A stretch of 63,556 nt of DNA, from IMG/VR virus record IMGVR_UViG_3300044632_001415; one strand, written 5' to 3'. A program made the translations under genes and the position numbers. The notes below the pieces were generated by a model. The model was not told the DNA's origin, made no database searches, and saw only the letters and a list, made by a program, of their open reading frames with translations. Shown here piece after piece: positions 1 to 11,800 of the stretch (its first letter is position 1; every line of letters starts with the position of its first letter). The DNA comes from an uncultured virus (IMG/VR IMGVR_UViG_3300044632_001415). Lineage: Duplodnaviria > Heunggongvirae > Uroviricota > Caudoviricetes.

Positions 1-31
1 ATAATAGTAATTTTAGTTTAAAGATTTTTAA

Positions 32-1288
32 CTACTCATATTGAATTATTAAATCACTTAATACTGGAGCAGTTTTATCATCTAGCATGTTTAATGTTAC
101 CTCTATCCAAACATAATTAGATCCACCAGGATTGGTGGAGAGAGCGTATCCGTCACCATCTGGATATATAACTCGATAACTAAATGCTGTAGAAATTAGA
201 CTTTGTGGTACGTTGTATATTTTTGGTGTTACATTTGTCACGTCATATATTATACTTCCGTCTGGAGGAGTATATTTAATTATCATTTTACCGGAAGTCA
301 AATACTTATCATATCTAATGTCTAAATCAGATAAACCATAAGTATAAATATATTTACCTAATTCGGTAAAATAATTTCTCTGCCTTAAAGCTATTCTTAT
401 GGCAGTTATATCTAGCTCTGGAAAAGCAAACGCTACGGGACCAGAATTTAGAATATAATCAGAACCAGTAGTGGTCCATCCACCTGGTGCAACTTTCCCA
501 ACGGCATCAGATTCACCATTATAGTATGATCGATAATTTAATGGAATCCAGCCATCTTTTTCTGATAACGTAGGGTTTGGCTTTTGGGTAAATTCAATAG
601 ATGTAATATCAGAACCAAAAGATGGATATGGATTTATTTTGATCATATTAGCTCTTGAAGACCCTGATATCTCAGGAGCTACATTTGCATACAGATATAG
701 GCCAGCTCCGCCTAATCCAGTAGATTCAGTTATTACATTTCTTTTCCAAATTTTATCAGGAGAGTCTAGTATACAGTTGTGTATAGGCGTTGTGTCTATT
801 ATTGCTCCAGCACTATCTACAGATACAGCTGTTGGTTGGACGGCAAATTTTATATAATCACTAATTACTTGACCGCTACCAGGACTGCCTATTTTTAATT
901 TTGAATATGAACCACTATTAATCTTTGGCAGTGTTATTACATTATATGTTGGATCAAATGATAGTAACTCGGTTGACAAAATTGCGTATTCTGTACCGGC
1001 AAAAGTCGCATAGTCCAATTGATTAAATGAATGTATGGAAATACTATTTGAAACTGCTTCTAAGGCACTTATCCTATCGCTTAGGTCCTGTATCGCCAAG
1101 GATAGAAATCTTTGATCTTTAATAACTCTTTCAAAAGTCTGCTTCAGTTTAACGTCTAAACTATTAGATTTATTATATAGATAAACTAAATCTTTATAGT
1201 TTTCTTCAATTCTTGCATTATAATCTGAGCTATTAACTGGACCATTATATTGATAGTCTCGCTTTTTTGTATTAATTATTTCTGTCAT
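32..1288 (-). CDS. Baseplate/tail-appendage structural protein (paralogue family)
   Basis: YNGPVNSSDYN + coiled coil, I.INPYPSFG, YTYGL, C-terminal TAPVLSDLII. Confidence 0.6.
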   Translation of the reverse strand: MTEIINTKKRDYQYNGPVNSSDYNARIEENYKDLVYLYNKSNSLDVKLKQTFERVIKDQRFLSLAIQDLSDRISALEAVSNSISIHSFNQLDYATFAGTEYAILSTELLSFDPTYNVITLPKINSGSYSKLKIGSPGSGQVISDYIKFAVQPTAVSVDSAGAIIDTTPIHNCILDSPDKIWKRNVITESTGLGGAGLYLYANVAPEISGSSRANMIKINPYPSFGSDITSIEFTQKPNPTLSEKDGWIPLNYRSYYNGESDAVGKVAPGGWTTTGSDYILNSGPVAFAFPELDITAIRIALRQRNYFTELGKYIYTYGLSDLDIRYDKYLTSGKMIIKYTPPDGSIIYDVTNVTPKIYNVPQSLISTAFSYRVIYPDGDGYALSTNPGGSNYVWIEVTLNMLDDKTAPVLSDLIIQYE

Positions 1289-1289
1289 T

Positions 1290-1703
1290 TTACATTTCGC
1301 TCTCTAGTCGAGTAACTTTATTAAATAATCTAGCTAGTTTTGCACCCAACTTATTAGTAACATCGATGCTTAAAACTTGCGTATTAGGAAGCTCTACATC
1401 TGGGTCTTTAAATCCAAAAGTAGAAAGGTTTACGCCAGTAATTGAATAACTTAATCCATCATTTAACTTTACGGAATCAGTAATATCAGTAATATCGCCA
1501 ATCAAATATGTTAAATTATCAATTACTGTTAGATCAATTTCATCTAATTCCTTAGAAATTCTACTTATATCTAATTTTAAAAGATTACTTTCCACATTCT
1601 CTTGCTGACTAGATCTAGGACTTTTATACTTTACTCTTTCTATATTGAAGAGTGGTTCCCTAATTCTTGTAGCGTTCGTTTGATTTGTATATATTTTCGG
1701 CAT
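1290..1703 (-). CDS. Small coiled-coil structural protein
   Basis: YKSPRSSQQEN resembles the N-terminal YNGPVNSSDYN of the next gene; coiled-coil C-terminus; AGGA RBS. Confidence 0.55.
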   Translation of the reverse strand: MPKIYTNQTNATRIREPLFNIERVKYKSPRSSQQENVESNLLKLDISRISKELDEIDLTVIDNLTYLIGDITDITDSVKLNDGLSYSITGVNLSTFGFKDPDVELPNTQVLSIDVTNKLGAKLARLFNKVTRLESEM

Positions 1704-1710
1704 GTTATCC

Positions 1711-3855
1711 TCAGTTGTCTATATGCTTAAACTTTATTCTTACAGAGTCAATTACTGGCGTTTGTAATGGGTTATTGTATCTTCTTAGATCAATTCTATA
1801 TCTAATAGAATTATATAATTGATTATTATTTGAATAATATCTAATTAAAGATCTATTAGATATTTCTTTTGAAGAAATAATTTCTCTTCTTGTATAAAAA
1901 TTGTCTATTGTAAATACGTTGTCATTTTCTGTAATTTTATTTCTAAAATCAATTGGATCAAGATATCTATAATAGTCTAGATATATAGTTCCATAATCAT
2001 TTAACGATGCGCCAGCAGTGATGTTGAAATTAATAGGTCCAGTAATACTTTTGTCGTAAGTAATAATAACATTGTTATCTCCAGTTAATAGATCCCACTC
2101 CGCAAACGTGGATGCAGTTCCAGCTGGCAAATCTGCTATCAGGATTCCATTTAAATAAATTCCAAGATTAAATCCATCAGAGCTTTTTACTACATTGTGA
2201 TTAACTTTTATTGATTCATCACAATATAAGTTAAACTTTATAATTCCATTAATAACACCTGAATTATTAATAGATATTTGACTACTTTGATTTAAAAGCG
2301 TAGCATTATATACATCGCCTGGAGTATTGATTCTTATTTTATTATTCCATGTATCAAGAGATTTATAATATGAAGTTTGAGATCCATTTCTTGTATCTGC
2401 TATTGGAAGCGTATACGAGTGTCGCATATTATTTACATCTGATAATATATATGGATTAATTAATTTTTCATCTGATTTTAACGCACATACTCTGTAAACA
2501 GTTTTATTTGAGTTCGGTAATATAGATGGATTTTTTTCATTTATATTTGGCGAAGTTGTATTTTTTGGAATTAATTGAAAATCATCTATAATAAAATTAC
2601 TTATATATTTTTTGTAAAAATTTGAACTTAAAAAATTAACTGGTATATCTTTTCCTCTGCTATTTAATGCAGTTGGCTCAATTTGTATCCAATTATAATC
2701 AGTAATGTTACCGTAATCTACAGTATGTTGACATACATAATATTTTGCTTCAGTTCCAGGTGGTAACTGTGTTTTAGATTCCAACGCCACCGCGGCAACA
2801 AAGAGGTTTGAATTATCTGATGTTGGAATAGATATTGGCTGAGATACTATAGTTGCATTTGTTTCATGATACTCTGCGCCAATTGACATTTCTCTAATTC
2901 CAAAAGAGTATGCGTATGGGGATTGAGATCCTGCTACTACTGTATCATGTTCAACTTTTACAAAAGTTAAAGAAATTTTATTATATGCTCCTGTTGGTAT
3001 CGCAAACGAAAACTGATTATACTCAGCATTTGGTTGTTGTGTATCCATATGCTCTGGTATTTGAATATTTGCTGGAGTACAAGTTATATGAGTTGTTGTT
3101 GGAGTTATGGTTAATAATTTTCCTGCGACTCTAGAGATACTGAAAGTATTTGGAATCGGTATATCTACCTGTAAACTAACGATAGAAGGAGTTTGAGTTA
3201 AGTGACCAATTGACCAATATGTATCATTTAGTCCATCAAAAACATTATCAAAATTAACTGCCCTTTGACTAGAGGATACTGTATTTCCATTAACTATTAT
3301 TGAGTATGTTACATTTAATGTTTGTATATTATCTACAGTTAGAGCGTTTGATAGATTTGAAGTAATCTTTGGTATTTTTACTTGACCTTTTTCAATATCA
3401 ATAAAGGCGTTTGTTAATGCTAGATCTATATTGTCCGTATTGAAATAATCATCCAAAAAAGAATAATAATATCCATCAGAATTATTATTAATAAAAATTA
3501 ATTCGTCTACTTTAGCTTCAAGTACTCTTCTTTTTGCTCGTAAGCCATCTAATTTTGAATTTAAAACATTAATTACAGAAAATAGTTCTTCGTTATTTTC
3601 TAAAATACAATCATTTAGAACTTCCATATTTAAAAGCGTAGTAGCCATAGCGTCATTAATGATATCTACATCAGTTACATTTACGTTTTGCAGTAGGCTA
3701 TAGTTAACATTTGCTGGAAGACCGAATTCATTAACAGAAAAGTATGCGCTAAATATTCTTCGGACTTCTTGCTCTGTTGGTGTTTTACCAGAAGAATACA
3801 ATAGCTTATATATATTATTTAAAAATTTTCTTTTTTGTATTGTTGCTATGTTCAT
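1711..3855 (-). CDS. Baseplate/tail-appendage structural protein (paralogue family)
   Basis: Coiled coil, NVFDGLNDTYWS discoidin-like motif, C-terminal QTPVIDSVRIKF. Confidence 0.6.
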   Translation of the reverse strand: MNIATIQKRKFLNNIYKLLYSSGKTPTEQEVRRIFSAYFSVNEFGLPANVNYSLLQNVNVTDVDIINDAMATTLLNMEVLNDCILENNEELFSVINVLNSKLDGLRAKRRVLEAKVDELIFINNNSDGYYYSFLDDYFNTDNIDLALTNAFIDIEKGQVKIPKITSNLSNALTVDNIQTLNVTYSIIVNGNTVSSSQRAVNFDNVFDGLNDTYWSIGHLTQTPSIVSLQVDIPIPNTFSISRVAGKLLTITPTTTHITCTPANIQIPEHMDTQQPNAEYNQFSFAIPTGAYNKISLTFVKVEHDTVVAGSQSPYAYSFGIREMSIGAEYHETNATIVSQPISIPTSDNSNLFVAAVALESKTQLPPGTEAKYYVCQHTVDYGNITDYNWIQIEPTALNSRGKDIPVNFLSSNFYKKYISNFIIDDFQLIPKNTTSPNINEKNPSILPNSNKTVYRVCALKSDEKLINPYILSDVNNMRHSYTLPIADTRNGSQTSYYKSLDTWNNKIRINTPGDVYNATLLNQSSQISINNSGVINGIIKFNLYCDESIKVNHNVVKSSDGFNLGIYLNGILIADLPAGTASTFAEWDLLTGDNNVIITYDKSITGPINFNITAGASLNDYGTIYLDYYRYLDPIDFRNKITENDNVFTIDNFYTRREIISSKEISNRSLIRYYSNNNQLYNSIRYRIDLRRYNNPLQTPVIDSVRIKFKHIDN

Positions 3856-6263
3856 TACTGCTTTACCCTTGCTATTAATTTATAATTATATATTTCTGGT
3901 GTAATATTTATACTTTTACTTTTATTGATTTGAATTCTAACTTTAATTTCTTTAACTTCTTTTGGTATTTCAGGATAATTTATATAGTATACACCTGGCA
4001 GCTCAGATGCTTTTTCTACGTTTTCATTCATAGAAAATACTTCTGCAATACCTTTGTTATCTAATTGAACTGGGGATATTGCTCTCCAAACATCATCTCC
4101 TAAAGAAACAAAATACTTTAATTCAATTAAATTACTTTGATCAGTATTTAGCTCTCTATCTACCGAGAGCATTAAAGCTACTACTGGCTTATCGAAATAA
4201 AATGGTAGGGATACAATTTCTGCTTTATCGGAGTATTCTTCATAACCTACAGACACATCCCTTAATCCAACTGCTAGTCTTTTTGCTGGATACACTTCAT
4301 ATTGTGCGCTTAATGGTACTTCTATATCTTCTTGCCTGGGTGTGCTTTGTCGAGTAATGTTAGTTAATCTTAAATCGCTGACAGTGGATGTAACTTCTAG
4401 TCCATTTTTTTGATATGTTATTTCACCATCGGTAAGAGATTGTATATATGTTTGCACTGCAGAAACATATTGCTGTGCTGCCTGCTCTGATTCAAAGTAT
4501 TTTGGACTTAAGTTTGGATTATCAAAAACTACGTCATCTGTCCACTGCATTTCAATAGATCTTTCGAGTACCCACTCATTAGTAGCTGAACCATTATTGG
4601 ATACAATATATCTACCATTTCTTTGTGGGTCTGGTTGATTTCTTATCAGAATAATATCATCCACATCTACACTTACACCAGCAACTTGTAGCTCTGCGTT
4701 TTCTGAGCTAGTTAAACTTGCCCCCACTTTTAATATACCATTATTGTATTCTGGGCTATTTGGAAGAGGCTGAGTTATTACATAGTCTACATCTGATGTC
4801 TGCTGCAGATTTTCTATGAAATCAAAGAAATATACTAACGTTTCATCTAATTTAAATGTTATTACCCATTTATTATATGTTATTGATTTCTTTTTTAGAT
4901 TAACTTTAAACCTAGATATATTGGGAAGGCCTGTTTTTTTAAATTCGTTTGCGTTGCTACTAGATGGCAGTAAGGCTTTTCGATCATATGATACTTCTTC
5001 GTAAATTTCACGATTAAGTAAGTCTGGATTAAATCTAGCAAGGCCGACAAATGGGCTATTGATTGTTGATCCTGCTGGATAATTTGGTTTCCAATATAAA
5101 TGTTGAATTTCAATATTTTGGATATTATTTTGTTCAAAAATAATTTCTATTTTAGAAGTTTTTCTTTCACTATATCTAACTGTAGCTTTATTGTAATAGT
5201 AATCTTTATAATACTCTGCGCTAATTGCTGAAACAGATGAGCCAATATAGATTGGTCTTTGGAGAATATTTTGTGTATTTCCAGATACATCAGTAACTTT
5301 TATTTGATTAACCTTTACCAAATTTGAAGAACCAAAATATGGAATTATTTCTACATAATTTGTTAATTCTTTTGCATTTAGAGCCTCCATAACAACAGTC
5401 ATTGTTAACGCATTTTCTGTGTTATAGTTTGACCAATTCACTAATTCGCCCTCAGTTACACCATTGTTAACTCTTTTATTTGCTATAAAACAAAATTCAT
5501 TTTCAGAAACAAGACTTCTATCTCCTGGCATATTAGTTTTATCTACATTTAATACTTCGTATTCAAAGTATGTAAGTGGATTAGAATCAATTACATTGTT
5601 AAGTAAACTAATTCCTGGATACTTTTCAAATACATATTCATATTCAGGATTTGTTGCTGTTTGAGATCTAACAACTTGATGGTTATTTCCCAGGAAACCA
5701 ACAGTAGATGCTATTGTGGCTGTTGATGGATTCCATTTTTTAAATGATTTTATTGGAAGAGTAAACTTTCCATTTGAAATCATTGGATTATATTCTGATC
5801 TAATATCTTCAATAGCTATATAATCATAGTTGTCAAATGAGTCGCCTAAATAAAATAGATCATTAGATGGACTTTCAGAATACATTTGTAGTATTCTTGC
5901 TTTAGAGGCTATTCTTTCTGAATACCTTTTTTCATTTTCTATTTCTTTAAAAAACATATTAAAGCTATTTATTGTTTTTGCGTTTAAATAATCCATTTGT
6001 TTTGCTAAAGAATTAATATTATCAGTTAAATTATTAGAAAATTTATTTAACTTAGCAGAAGTTGGCGGCTCACCTTTTATGTATGGATCATAATAAAACT
6101 GATGATCAATTATACTTTCTTGTATTTCTTTAAGTAATTTATTGTATTCTTCAACTTTTTCTGCTTTTGTTCGAAACTCATTCTGAAAATCTTTTACAAT
6201 AAAGCTTTTTAATTTCAAGAAAATTTGATCATATGTTATAGTATTTGCGGAAATCTGAGCCAT
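3855..6263 (-). CDS. Baseplate/tail-appendage structural protein (paralogue family) with inserted fibre module
   Basis: GEPPTSAKLN + coiled coil, NVIDSNPLTYFE, C-terminal ITPEIYNYKL. Confidence 0.6.
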   Translation of the reverse strand: MAQISANTITYDQIFLKLKSFIVKDFQNEFRTKAEKVEEYNKLLKEIQESIIDHQFYYDPYIKGEPPTSAKLNKFSNNLTDNINSLAKQMDYLNAKTINSFNMFFKEIENEKRYSERIASKARILQMYSESPSNDLFYLGDSFDNYDYIAIEDIRSEYNPMISNGKFTLPIKSFKKWNPSTATIASTVGFLGNNHQVVRSQTATNPEYEYVFEKYPGISLLNNVIDSNPLTYFEYEVLNVDKTNMPGDRSLVSENEFCFIANKRVNNGVTEGELVNWSNYNTENALTMTVVMEALNAKELTNYVEIIPYFGSSNLVKVNQIKVTDVSGNTQNILQRPIYIGSSVSAISAEYYKDYYYNKATVRYSERKTSKIEIIFEQNNIQNIEIQHLYWKPNYPAGSTINSPFVGLARFNPDLLNREIYEEVSYDRKALLPSSSNANEFKKTGLPNISRFKVNLKKKSITYNKWVITFKLDETLVYFFDFIENLQQTSDVDYVITQPLPNSPEYNNGILKVGASLTSSENAELQVAGVSVDVDDIILIRNQPDPQRNGRYIVSNNGSATNEWVLERSIEMQWTDDVVFDNPNLSPKYFESEQAAQQYVSAVQTYIQSLTDGEITYQKNGLEVTSTVSDLRLTNITRQSTPRQEDIEVPLSAQYEVYPAKRLAVGLRDVSVGYEEYSDKAEIVSLPFYFDKPVVALMLSVDRELNTDQSNLIELKYFVSLGDDVWRAISPVQLDNKGIAEVFSMNENVEKASELPGVYYINYPEIPKEVKEIKVRIQINKSKSINITPEIYNYKLIARVKQ

Positions 6264-6273
6264 TTTATTCCAA

Positions 6274-8862
6274 TCATATAAATGTTTTATTTAACTTATT
6301 ATAATAATTATCAAACTTTGCCGTTTTCATCTTTAGTATAACAGCGTCTGCATTAGACGCCAAAGGCATCGAGTTTGTTGTCTGTCTCATGACAAGCTTA
6401 AATCTAAGATTGTACGGTGCGTATTCATAGTCTACGGTAAATGGAGAATTTATTGGTTTATTAAAAATAATGTTTTTCCCGCTGTGCATGTACAGAATTA
6501 GGTCTGTATTGTAGAAGCTAACTTTTTCAATAATATTTGAATAATTTGTTATATTTGTTGCTATTGAACCATTTGAAAGTTGTATTCTTATTGGTGAATA
6601 ATTTGTATTCATAAATAGTGTACCAAAACCATTAATATACGTTGCATCCTTTAGGTAGTCTTGATTTACATATGGATTATATTCAAGAACTACAGAAGAA
6701 TTAATATCTGTATTAGTAAATTTTTGGCCATAACCAAGCGATGTTGAATATCTTTTTATTAGTTTTTTATATCCTGCGTTTGTGTTTAAGTCAATTTCAT
6801 ATGGATTTTTTAAAGATATATCAACTAAATATGATACGCAAAATATATCTGTTGATGAATAAATATTTGTCTGCAGTAGGGTAATTCTATTTGAGGGTAG
6901 AGAATATGAGTATAAGCTTGGAGAAACTCTTAAGCCATTTTTATACAATAGGATCGTATCTTGTTTTGCTGTAAATCTTAATTGATATGAATAGTCTGTT
7001 GTATCAAAAAATACAACTTCGGCATCTACGGCTACCTTTTTATTCGGTAGGATTGGAGTCCAACTTGATTCATTTACTGGGATTTCCTCATTGGAAACAG
7101 ACAATTCATAAGATACTGGATATCTCAACATGCTCGGCGTTAGTACTTCAAATTCCTCATTATCTATTTGGAGATCAGCTTTTATCGCAGCAACCTGACC
7201 ATCTACTGGAATTTTTTTACTAACAAAACAAGCCTTACTATTTGATTCGCTAGATGTTTCAATAAAATCAATAGAATTTATAGAAAAATTATATTCATAT
7301 AAATCACTTGGTTCATTAATTAACAGCTTTCTTACTGCGTCGCTCGAGCCACCTAACTGTCTAATTGTTTCGTAGAATTGATATTTTTGATTATTTTTTG
7401 TATTTGTATTTCCGTAAGGTATGAAACCAGGATAAGCCAATAATGAACTAGAAGAATTATTTGAATTATTTTCTATATATAAATTTGAATAACTTTCAAA
7501 AATATCTTTATCCATATGTGACAGCATCGAATAAAAAAGATCTACAAATACTGGAGATTCTGATAAAAGTTTTTTATCATCAAACTCGGAATTGCTTGCT
7601 CTAAATATTTCACTGGAAATTAATTCAAAATAATCATTTTTTTCAATAGGAAAACGATTGCTATAAAATTTATCGGAATTTTTTGTATTTTTTGAAACTC
7701 CCTTTATAGTGTATTTTCTTTTGAATTGATTATAAACAATGTCTTGAAGAATACTAAAACGATTTCTCTTGTATGACATCTTATCATTAATAAAATTATT
7801 AATTAATTTTGAATTCATTTCAGATGTTAGGGCAGTTAGTTTAGATCTAAAATAGATTGGTTGATTAAATATAAAAATAACTTTTGATATATTAGTTACA
7901 TTAAAGAAGATATCTAAAGTTTTATCTAAACGCTGTGGTGAGCGCATGCATAAAGTGTAGTTCTCAGAAGTATTTGAGTTAGTATTTCCAACTGGTGTAA
8001 ATAGTACAATTTGAAGTAACTGCATTCCTTCCGCATAGTTTGGATTAATTCTAATTTTGTCTGCCCTGACTGTGTTATTGAATAACACTTCAACAGCTGT
8101 TCTAGCTCCTTTTAATCCAACTTGAGAATATGGTATATATGAATTAAACCCTGTTAAGCCAGCGCCAATAATATTTTTACTTTTTATAGTTCTTGTCCAG
8201 GCGTCCTGCTTGTTATCGGTAAACACATTATCAAAATTTGACTGTGATGATATGTCATTTTCATGATTTGAATTAATGATAATAGTACCAATATTGTCAA
8301 TGACATTTTTGTACACATCAGAATTGCCAATTCCAATAACACCTTTTGTATAATCTATTTTTACATTTCCATCTAGCGGGAATGTTGTACCATCTTTATC
8401 ATTAATTGTAAAGCTATAGCCATCATATTTATAATGATTTTGAAGCGTATCAAATTTTTCAATATAGTTATTATCATACATATCATCTTTACCTGAAATA
8501 AATTCATAATTATTTATGAAAGCTTCCAAATAATTTAGATCGTTTTCAATTTTTTGTATTTCAGATGATAAAACTTCTATCATAGAATTTAATGCTAACC
8601 CTATTGCATTAGCGCCTTTAAAAAATCTAGATATTCTAATTGAAGAATCTCTGAATAAATCTACTAATATTTCTCTATTTAATTCTATACCAGCTCCAAC
8701 TTTTTGCGCAGCGAACTCTGTACCAAAGTTATAGTTGTTCATTTTTTGAATTAAAGAATTAAATTGTGATTTATCTAACTTCATTTCTCTAATCAATAAA
8801 GATACATTAGTTTTAGATAAATTTGAATAGGATGTCAAACTCTCTGGCAATGTTCCTAACAT
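6274..8862 (-). CDS. Baseplate/tail-appendage structural protein (paralogue family)
   Basis: N-terminal coiled coil, NVF.D....AW motif, beta-rich body; probable start MLGTLP at 8862 just past the upstream stop. Confidence 0.6.
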   Translation of the reverse strand: MLGTLPESLTSYSNLSKTNVSLLIREMKLDKSQFNSLIQKMNNYNFGTEFAAQKVGAGIELNREILVDLFRDSSIRISRFFKGANAIGLALNSMIEVLSSEIQKIENDLNYLEAFINNYEFISGKDDMYDNNYIEKFDTLQNHYKYDGYSFTINDKDGTTFPLDGNVKIDYTKGVIGIGNSDVYKNVIDNIGTIIINSNHENDISSQSNFDNVFTDNKQDAWTRTIKSKNIIGAGLTGFNSYIPYSQVGLKGARTAVEVLFNNTVRADKIRINPNYAEGMQLLQIVLFTPVGNTNSNTSENYTLCMRSPQRLDKTLDIFFNVTNISKVIFIFNQPIYFRSKLTALTSEMNSKLINNFINDKMSYKRNRFSILQDIVYNQFKRKYTIKGVSKNTKNSDKFYSNRFPIEKNDYFELISSEIFRASNSEFDDKKLLSESPVFVDLFYSMLSHMDKDIFESYSNLYIENNSNNSSSSLLAYPGFIPYGNTNTKNNQKYQFYETIRQLGGSSDAVRKLLINEPSDLYEYNFSINSIDFIETSSESNSKACFVSKKIPVDGQVAAIKADLQIDNEEFEVLTPSMLRYPVSYELSVSNEEIPVNESSWTPILPNKKVAVDAEVVFFDTTDYSYQLRFTAKQDTILLYKNGLRVSPSLYSYSLPSNRITLLQTNIYSSTDIFCVSYLVDISLKNPYEIDLNTNAGYKKLIKRYSTSLGYGQKFTNTDINSSVVLEYNPYVNQDYLKDATYINGFGTLFMNTNYSPIRIQLSNGSIATNITNYSNIIEKVSFYNTDLILYMHSGKNIIFNKPINSPFTVDYEYAPYNLRFKLVMRQTTNSMPLASNADAVILKMKTAKFDNYYNKLNKTFI

Positions 8863-8863
8863 A

Positions 8864-11800
8864 TTAAACCCACGCATTTCCATTCATGTCTTGAATTTCG
8901 TATACAACGCCCGCTGTTAAATTATTCTGTACAATTCTATCAATTTCTTCAATCTGCACAAAATTATCTTTAACTTCTTGTGGTATTTTTACTATTACGT
9001 ATCCACCCTTTGGATAGGTTGTTCCTTGTGGTGGATAAATGTCCCATAGGGATTGTACATCATTTATAGTATCTTGTAATTCTACAATATTTATGTCGTT
9101 AATTAAACCACCACCACGTAGTCTTAGATCTGCTACCTGAGTAGTTTTTCTATATGGATTATTATATACATATACCATTCCTATAGGCAGGGCAAAAGGA
9201 TCGTATTCGGTGGATAGATAATTAAATATTTCTTTATTATAAGTAAAATTAACAAAGCTATCATATGAATAATCTGAGACTTTAACTAAATTACTACTAT
9301 CGTTTAGCGGATCAGATCTTTTATATATTCTTTTTGGCGTTATATAAACGAATAGTGGCCTATCAAATTTAATTGAATCATAATTTAAAAATGGATTTAA
9401 TGGGACTGGTGTTCCGTCAACTTGACGTATAAGAATATCTTTATTAGATGTTGTATAAGATACTTTAATAAGATTTAAATCAGATGGTACTATGGGATTT
9501 AAAAATTCAATTGTTCCATTCTGACAATCTATATCTTTAATCTGAGTGTGACTTATTTTTTCCCATTCCTCATTTATGCTATTTCTTATATAAATTTCAA
9601 TAATATTTTTAATAATATGAAATTTTGAATCAGAGTTATTAGTTGGAAAATTCCACGAAAGAATAGGAACTCTTTTAACTTGAATCTTTTTACTAGTCAA
9701 TAAAATTGGAGTTTCATCTACAATATCATAATATCCATAGCCATAAATGTCTGACCAATCCATAGAAATTTTATCCAGTGTTGAATAGTATGCTAGTAGA
9801 TTTTGACCTTTATATTTATTTTTCCAATCTGACCACATTGTTGATGAGGATATTGATATTGTTTTCCAAAAGCTTCCAGTAGTAACTGGCAGTTCCCAGG
9901 AATCAAATTTAGATATTTTTGGATCTATCTCACCAATTTTTATTGAAGATAAATTATTGTATTTAACGGAGTATACTGGACATATCATTTTTAATGGCAG
10001 CACGACTGGTTTGAATGTTGTGCTAACTGTTGGTCCTATATATTCATTTTTATTTTGAGTATTTCCATCTGCGTCAAATGCGCACACAGCTATAAATATA
10101 TTAGAAAGACCTCTATTTAGATAATCTATATAATGTATTTTTTTACCTATAAATTCTCTTTGCAACACATCATAGAAGCCATATATAAATCCATTTTCAT
10201 CTGTAGTATTATTTTTGAGATAGAAGAAGCCATATCTAAAGTCAACTTCTTCGTCAGTTAATACTTGTGTGCCAGCAATTTGGGTTAAAATTTGCGCTGC
10301 GGTTGGGACGCCATATGGTTGACCATCGTTATTGCATAATAGCAATATTCCGTCATTAACATTTACAAAGTTTCTAGTATCTGGAAGAATGGTACCATTT
10401 ATTTTTTTCATTCTATAGTTATCTACATTTTGATCGACATATACAACATCGTCTACAGAATAATAAGTAGATGATGTATCAATATCTATTTTCTTTAGCT
10501 CTGCATTCGTAGTAAGCGTTACTGGTGGGTTTCCAGATACTGGATATGATGTATTTCCTGAAGTGATTGAATTTAAAGTGGAGGAATATAAAGATTCTAT
10601 TCTTCTTAGCGATTGAGAAAATGTTATTTTTAAGTTACCAAAAGTTCTTTCAAGGCTATCTCCTAATTTTTGTTCATCACCCTGAAAAGTTTTTGATACA
10701 CTTCCGCTTAAAGCGGTAGGGTCATTCCAGTAAATATGCTTTATGTACGCCGCATTTCTTTTTTCTAGTACTCTAGGAGTTGAATATGTTTCTGAGTGTG
10801 GGTTTGCTGCAGATATACCTCTTGCTGTTTCGGGTATTGCCAATCTAGCGTACACTGGTAAAGTATCAGTAGTATAGCGTTGTGTCACTGGCGGAACTGC
10901 TGGCGTACCTGGTATTGATGCGCTCATTATTGAGCCTTTAGCTTTAATTTGAGATATTGAAAATCCTTCTGCAAAACCAAATCCAGGAATAGCGCCACCA
11001 ACTATACGAACCCAAAAATATCTAGCTTTTGATGCTTCAACATTTGCTAGATTAATGTCTATTTGCCCACTTGATGCGCTTAGATTTAAGCCCATAAATA
11101 ATGTAGTTTGGAAAATATCTGTTGTATAATTAGAAGAATATCCATAGGAATCAATATGATAATTTTTCCATCCGTTTGGTCCCTGATCTGCAACAATTGT
11201 TATAGTCTGTACTTTTGCAAGATCATCTGGAAGCTTGAACCAAATTATATCTGCACCTTCGCTTGGACCAGCAAATCCGCTAAATGTTATTTTTTTATAA
11301 ACTTTTCCTGGCTTATTTATTTCTGAACAGAGAGCCATTTGATTTACTGCGTCTATATATTTTTTAACTTCAGCGCCTGCTTCGGTATACATTGTATTGT
11401 ACTTTTGTGGCTCAAAAAGTTGTATCACTCTAACATAGAAGGCTAAATACCACTTTGTTTCACTGTCAACTTTACCATCTTCCCACCTTTGGCCATACTT
11501 ATCTTGAAATTTAAGGACTGCTGACTTAGTTACTGGACCATAAATGCCGTCAATAGTGCCACTATAATATCCATGTGTTTTTAATACGGTTTGTATATAT
11601 TCGACATATGAACTTCTTTGCAGTATTGGTGAAGATGTACTTGCACTACTGGGTCGACTTCCTGTTCCTGATGAACCTCCACTAGAGGATCCGCCACCGG
11701 GCCTAGTTGCGCCACCAGAAGATCCGCCACCAGGTCTAGATCCACCGCCGGAAGATCCACCGCCGGAAGATCCACCGCCGGAAGATCCGCCACCAGGTCT

